Shown in pieces: positions 24,333 to 26,977 of a DNA stretch of 26,977 bases (its first letter is position 1; each line of letters starts with the position of its first letter). The translations under genes were made by a program, and so were the position numbers. Source of the stretch: an uncultured bacterium (GTDB lineage: Bacteria > Spirochaetota > Brevinematia > DTOW01); contig CALFVP010000136.1 of assembly GCA_937928175.1 (NCBI GenBank), positions 1-26,977 of the forward strand, in the 5' to 3' direction. Below the pieces are notes generated by a model. It was not told the DNA's origin and did not search any database. It worked only from the letters and a program-made list of their open reading frames with translations.

Positions 24333-25937
24333 ATGGCAAAGGGATACTGGATGTTGGTTTTACATGCTCATTTACCTTACGTAAGGCATCCTGAATATAC
24401 AGATTCTATGGAAGAAAGGTGGCTTTACGAAGCTATGTCTGAAACCTACATACCATTATTACAAGTTTACGAAAAACTTTTAAACGAAGGAATTGATTTT
24501 AGAATTACGATGTCTATAACTCCACCGCTTGCAAACATGCTTGGCGATTCTTTACTACAAGAAAGGTACGAAAAACACATTCAAAAACTTGTAGAATTAG
24601 CTGAAAAAGAAGTGTACAGAACGAGATGGTTACCAGAATTTCACGATACTGCAAAAATGTATTTACAACATTTTAGAGATTGTCTAAATGTATTTTACAA
24701 GTACAACAGGAACTTACTAAACGGTTTTAAAATGTTTCAAGATCTTGGGAAACTTGAAATAATAACCTGTAGTGCAACACATGGATACGCACCTCTTATG
24801 GAAACATACCATAACGCCGTAAGAGCACAATACCTAGTAGCTAAAAGAGATTACGAAAGAGTATTCGGTAAATCTCCTAGAGGAATATGGAATGCGGAAT
24901 GTGCCTATTACCCTGGACTTGAAGAAATAATAAAAGAAGCAGGAATAAGGTTTTTCTTTGTTGATACGCATGGAGTACTTTACGCTGATAAAAGACCCAA
25001 ATACGGAGTATTCGCACCAATGTACACAAGAAACGGAATAGCATACTTTGGAAGAGACGTTGAGACATCTAAATCTGTATGGAGTGCAAAAGAAGGATAT
25101 CCTGGAGATCCATGGTATAGAGAATTTTACAGAGACTTAGGATACGATGCAGACTACGATTACATAAGACCATACATACACGAGAGCGGAATAAGAATAA
25201 TGACCGGGATAAAATACTACAGAATAACTGGAAGTGATACACCTTTGGATAGAAAAGAGCCTTACAATTACAGTAAAGCAATGGAAAGAGTATGGGAACA
25301 CGCAGGAAACTTCATATTCAACAGACAAAAACAGATAGAATACCTATCAAGTATGATGGATAGAGAACCATTAATAGTATCGATGTACGATGCAGAACTT
25401 TTTGGACATTGGTGGTTTGAAGGACCACAATTTATATACGCTGTTGCTAAAAAATGCTGGGAATCTAGAAACTGGGACACACAAGTAGAAATGATATTAC
25501 CCATGGAATACTTGCAAAAATATCCCAAAAACCAAGTTGCTACTCCTCCAATGTGTAGCTGGGGATACAAAGGATACAACGAGTTTTGGCTTTCAGGACC
25601 TAACGACTGGATATACAGACACTTGCATAAAGCAGATGAAAAAATGATAGAAATGGCAAACAAATTCAAAAACACAAATAACAAACTTATAGAAAGAGCT
25701 TTAAACCAAATGGCAAGAGAACTTCTTTTAGCTCAATCCTCAGATTGGGCATTCATAATGAGAACTGGAACAACAGTAGAATACGCAGTAAAAAGAACCA
25801 AAGATCACATAAATAGAGTATTCAAAATATACGATATGGTAAATTCAGGAAACATCGATATAGACTGGCTAAAATACATAGAATACCTTGACAACATATT
25901 CCCAGAAATAGATTTTAGATACTACGCTGATAAATAA
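24333..25937 (+). CDS. GH57 1,4-alpha-glucan branching enzyme (DUF1957-containing)
   Basis: LHAHLPYVRH, WLYEAMSETYIP, SATHGYAP, nucleophile region WNAECAY, acid/base YDAELFGHWWFEG, ELLLAQSSDWAFI. Confidence 0.93.
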   Translation: MAKGYWMLVLHAHLPYVRHPEYTDSMEERWLYEAMSETYIPLLQVYEKLLNEGIDFRITMSITPPLANMLGDSLLQERYEKHIQKLVELAEKEVYRTRWLPEFHDTAKMYLQHFRDCLNVFYKYNRNLLNGFKMFQDLGKLEIITCSATHGYAPLMETYHNAVRAQYLVAKRDYERVFGKSPRGIWNAECAYYPGLEEIIKEAGIRFFFVDTHGVLYADKRPKYGVFAPMYTRNGIAYFGRDVETSKSVWSAKEGYPGDPWYREFYRDLGYDADYDYIRPYIHESGIRIMTGIKYYRITGSDTPLDRKEPYNYSKAMERVWEHAGNFIFNRQKQIEYLSSMMDREPLIVSMYDAELFGHWWFEGPQFIYAVAKKCWESRNWDTQVEMILPMEYLQKYPKNQVATPPMCSWGYKGYNEFWLSGPNDWIYRHLHKADEKMIEMANKFKNTNNKLIERALNQMARELLLAQSSDWAFIMRTGTTVEYAVKRTKDHINRVFKIYDMVNSGNIDIDWLKYIEYLDNIFPEIDFRYYADK

Positions 25938-25959
25938 AAATCCTCCTAATCAACAAACT

Positions 25960-26977
25960 ATGACCATAAGAGAATTTCTAAGAGAGAAAGTTTTAGAATC
26001 TGTAAACGAAAATTACGGTAATACTTACAAAATCGAAGATATAGTAATAGACTATCCAGAGAATAAAAAGTTTGGAGATTATTCAACAACAATAGCATTC
26101 AAGATAGCAAAAGATCTAAAATCTAAAGGTAATGAGCAACAATTACCTAAAATAGCAGAGAAAATAAAAACTTCTTTACTGGGAAAAGTCAAAGAATTCT
26201 TTTCTGAGATAACAATTGCAAACGGTGGTTTTATAAACTTAAGAGTATCGGATAGTGTACTTGCTGAAATAGTAATAAATGCCTCGGAAAATAACGAATA
26301 CGGCAAATCTGACTTTGGTAAAAACAAAGATAAAATATTACTTGAATACGTTAGTGCTAACCCAACAGGTCCCCTACATATAGGACATGCTAGATGGGGA
26401 GCAATAGGTGATTCGTTGTACAGAGCTCTATTAACAGCAGGATACAACGTAAAAACAGAATTCTACATAAACGATGCAGGAAACCAAATAAAATTACTAC
26501 TTGAGTCAGTAAAAGCAATCAGAGAAGGTAAAGAAATACCGGAAAACGGATATCACGGCTATTACATAAAAGAGCTAGCAAAAATCCAAAGAAACCCCAT
26601 TGAAGTAATACTAGATTGGCAAAAAGAAGATTTAAACAAATTCGATGTGCACTTTGATAACTGGTTTTCTGAAAAAGAATTACACGATAAAGGAGAAGTT
26701 GAAGAAACCATAAAACTACTTATGGATAAGGGATTAGTATACGAAAAAGATGGAGCATTATGGTTTAAAAGCAAAGAATTCGGAGACGATAAAGATAGAG
26801 TAATAAAAAAATCAGACGGAGAATACACTTACTTCGGTGTAGATATAACCTATCACTTAAACAAAATCAAAAGAGGGTTTAACAGATTAATAAACATATG
26901 GGGAGCAGATCACCACGGTTACGTAAAAAGACTAACATCGGCAGTAAAAGCATTAAACGAAAACGTAAAAGTAGAAA
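25960..26977 (+). CDS. argS: Arginyl-tRNA synthetase (5' part, truncated by the window end)
   Basis: My own translation from ATG 25960: MTIREFL...FGDYSTTIAF...GGFINLR...LEYVSANPTGPLHIGHARWGAIGD...YINDAGNQ...DDKDRVIKKSDGEYTYF...IWGADHHGYVKRL. Confidence 0.97.
   Translation, partial: MTIREFLREKVLESVNENYGNTYKIEDIVIDYPENKKFGDYSTTIAFKIAKDLKSKGNEQQLPKIAEKIKTSLLGKVKEFFSEITIANGGFINLRVSDSVLAEIVINASENNEYGKSDFGKNKDKILLEYVSANPTGPLHIGHARWGAIGDSLYRALLTAGYNVKTEFYINDAGNQIKLLLESVKAIREGKEIPENGYHGYYIKELAKIQRNPIEVILDWQKEDLNKFDVHFDNWFSEKELHDKGEVEETIKLLMDKGLVYEKDGALWFKSKEFGDDKDRVIKKSDGEYTYFGVDITYHLNKIKRGFNRLINIWGADHHGYVKRLTSAVKALNENVKVE

Overview
AT-rich (roughly 30% GC by eye, not computed), very compact bacterial chromosomal segment made almost entirely of housekeeping genes. 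No integrase, transposase, phage gene or CRISPR array is visible. Order: (partial divergent gene) pfkA-lysA-[degenerate RsbW-like ATPase] >< tRNA-Ser-rplC-rpsJ-tuf-mlaD <> hisIE-rnpA >< pyrE-alpha/beta hydrolase-der-OM beta-barrel-small ORF <> 883-aa propeller/Ig/coiled-coil/LysM-like protein-tmRNA >< folE2-tsaB-DUF2273-accC-(unexplained gap)-TIGR02757-GltS-like FMN protein-hemerythrin <> metE-GH57 branching enzyme-argS (partial). A diderm envelope (MCE protein, OM barrel), strong strand-specific codon bias and GC-rich RNA stems suggest a thermophilic, possibly spirochaete-like organism (inference only). I did not find a clear novel multi-gene system. The most unusual signals are: (i) two sequence-unrelated 4x15-bp arrays with the same 5-2-5 palindrome architecture; (ii) an isolated tuf-rpsJ-rplC-tRNA-Ser unit, part of a general break-up of normally conserved operons; (iii) several proteins with altered functional motifs or unusual domain architecture (EF-Tu G257S/V274A, hemerythrin His>Gln, GltS-like protein with an N-terminal 4-Cys motif, degenerate anti-sigma kinase, short TonB-receptor-like barrel); and (iv) apparently duplicated pseudoknots 3 and 4 in tmRNA.
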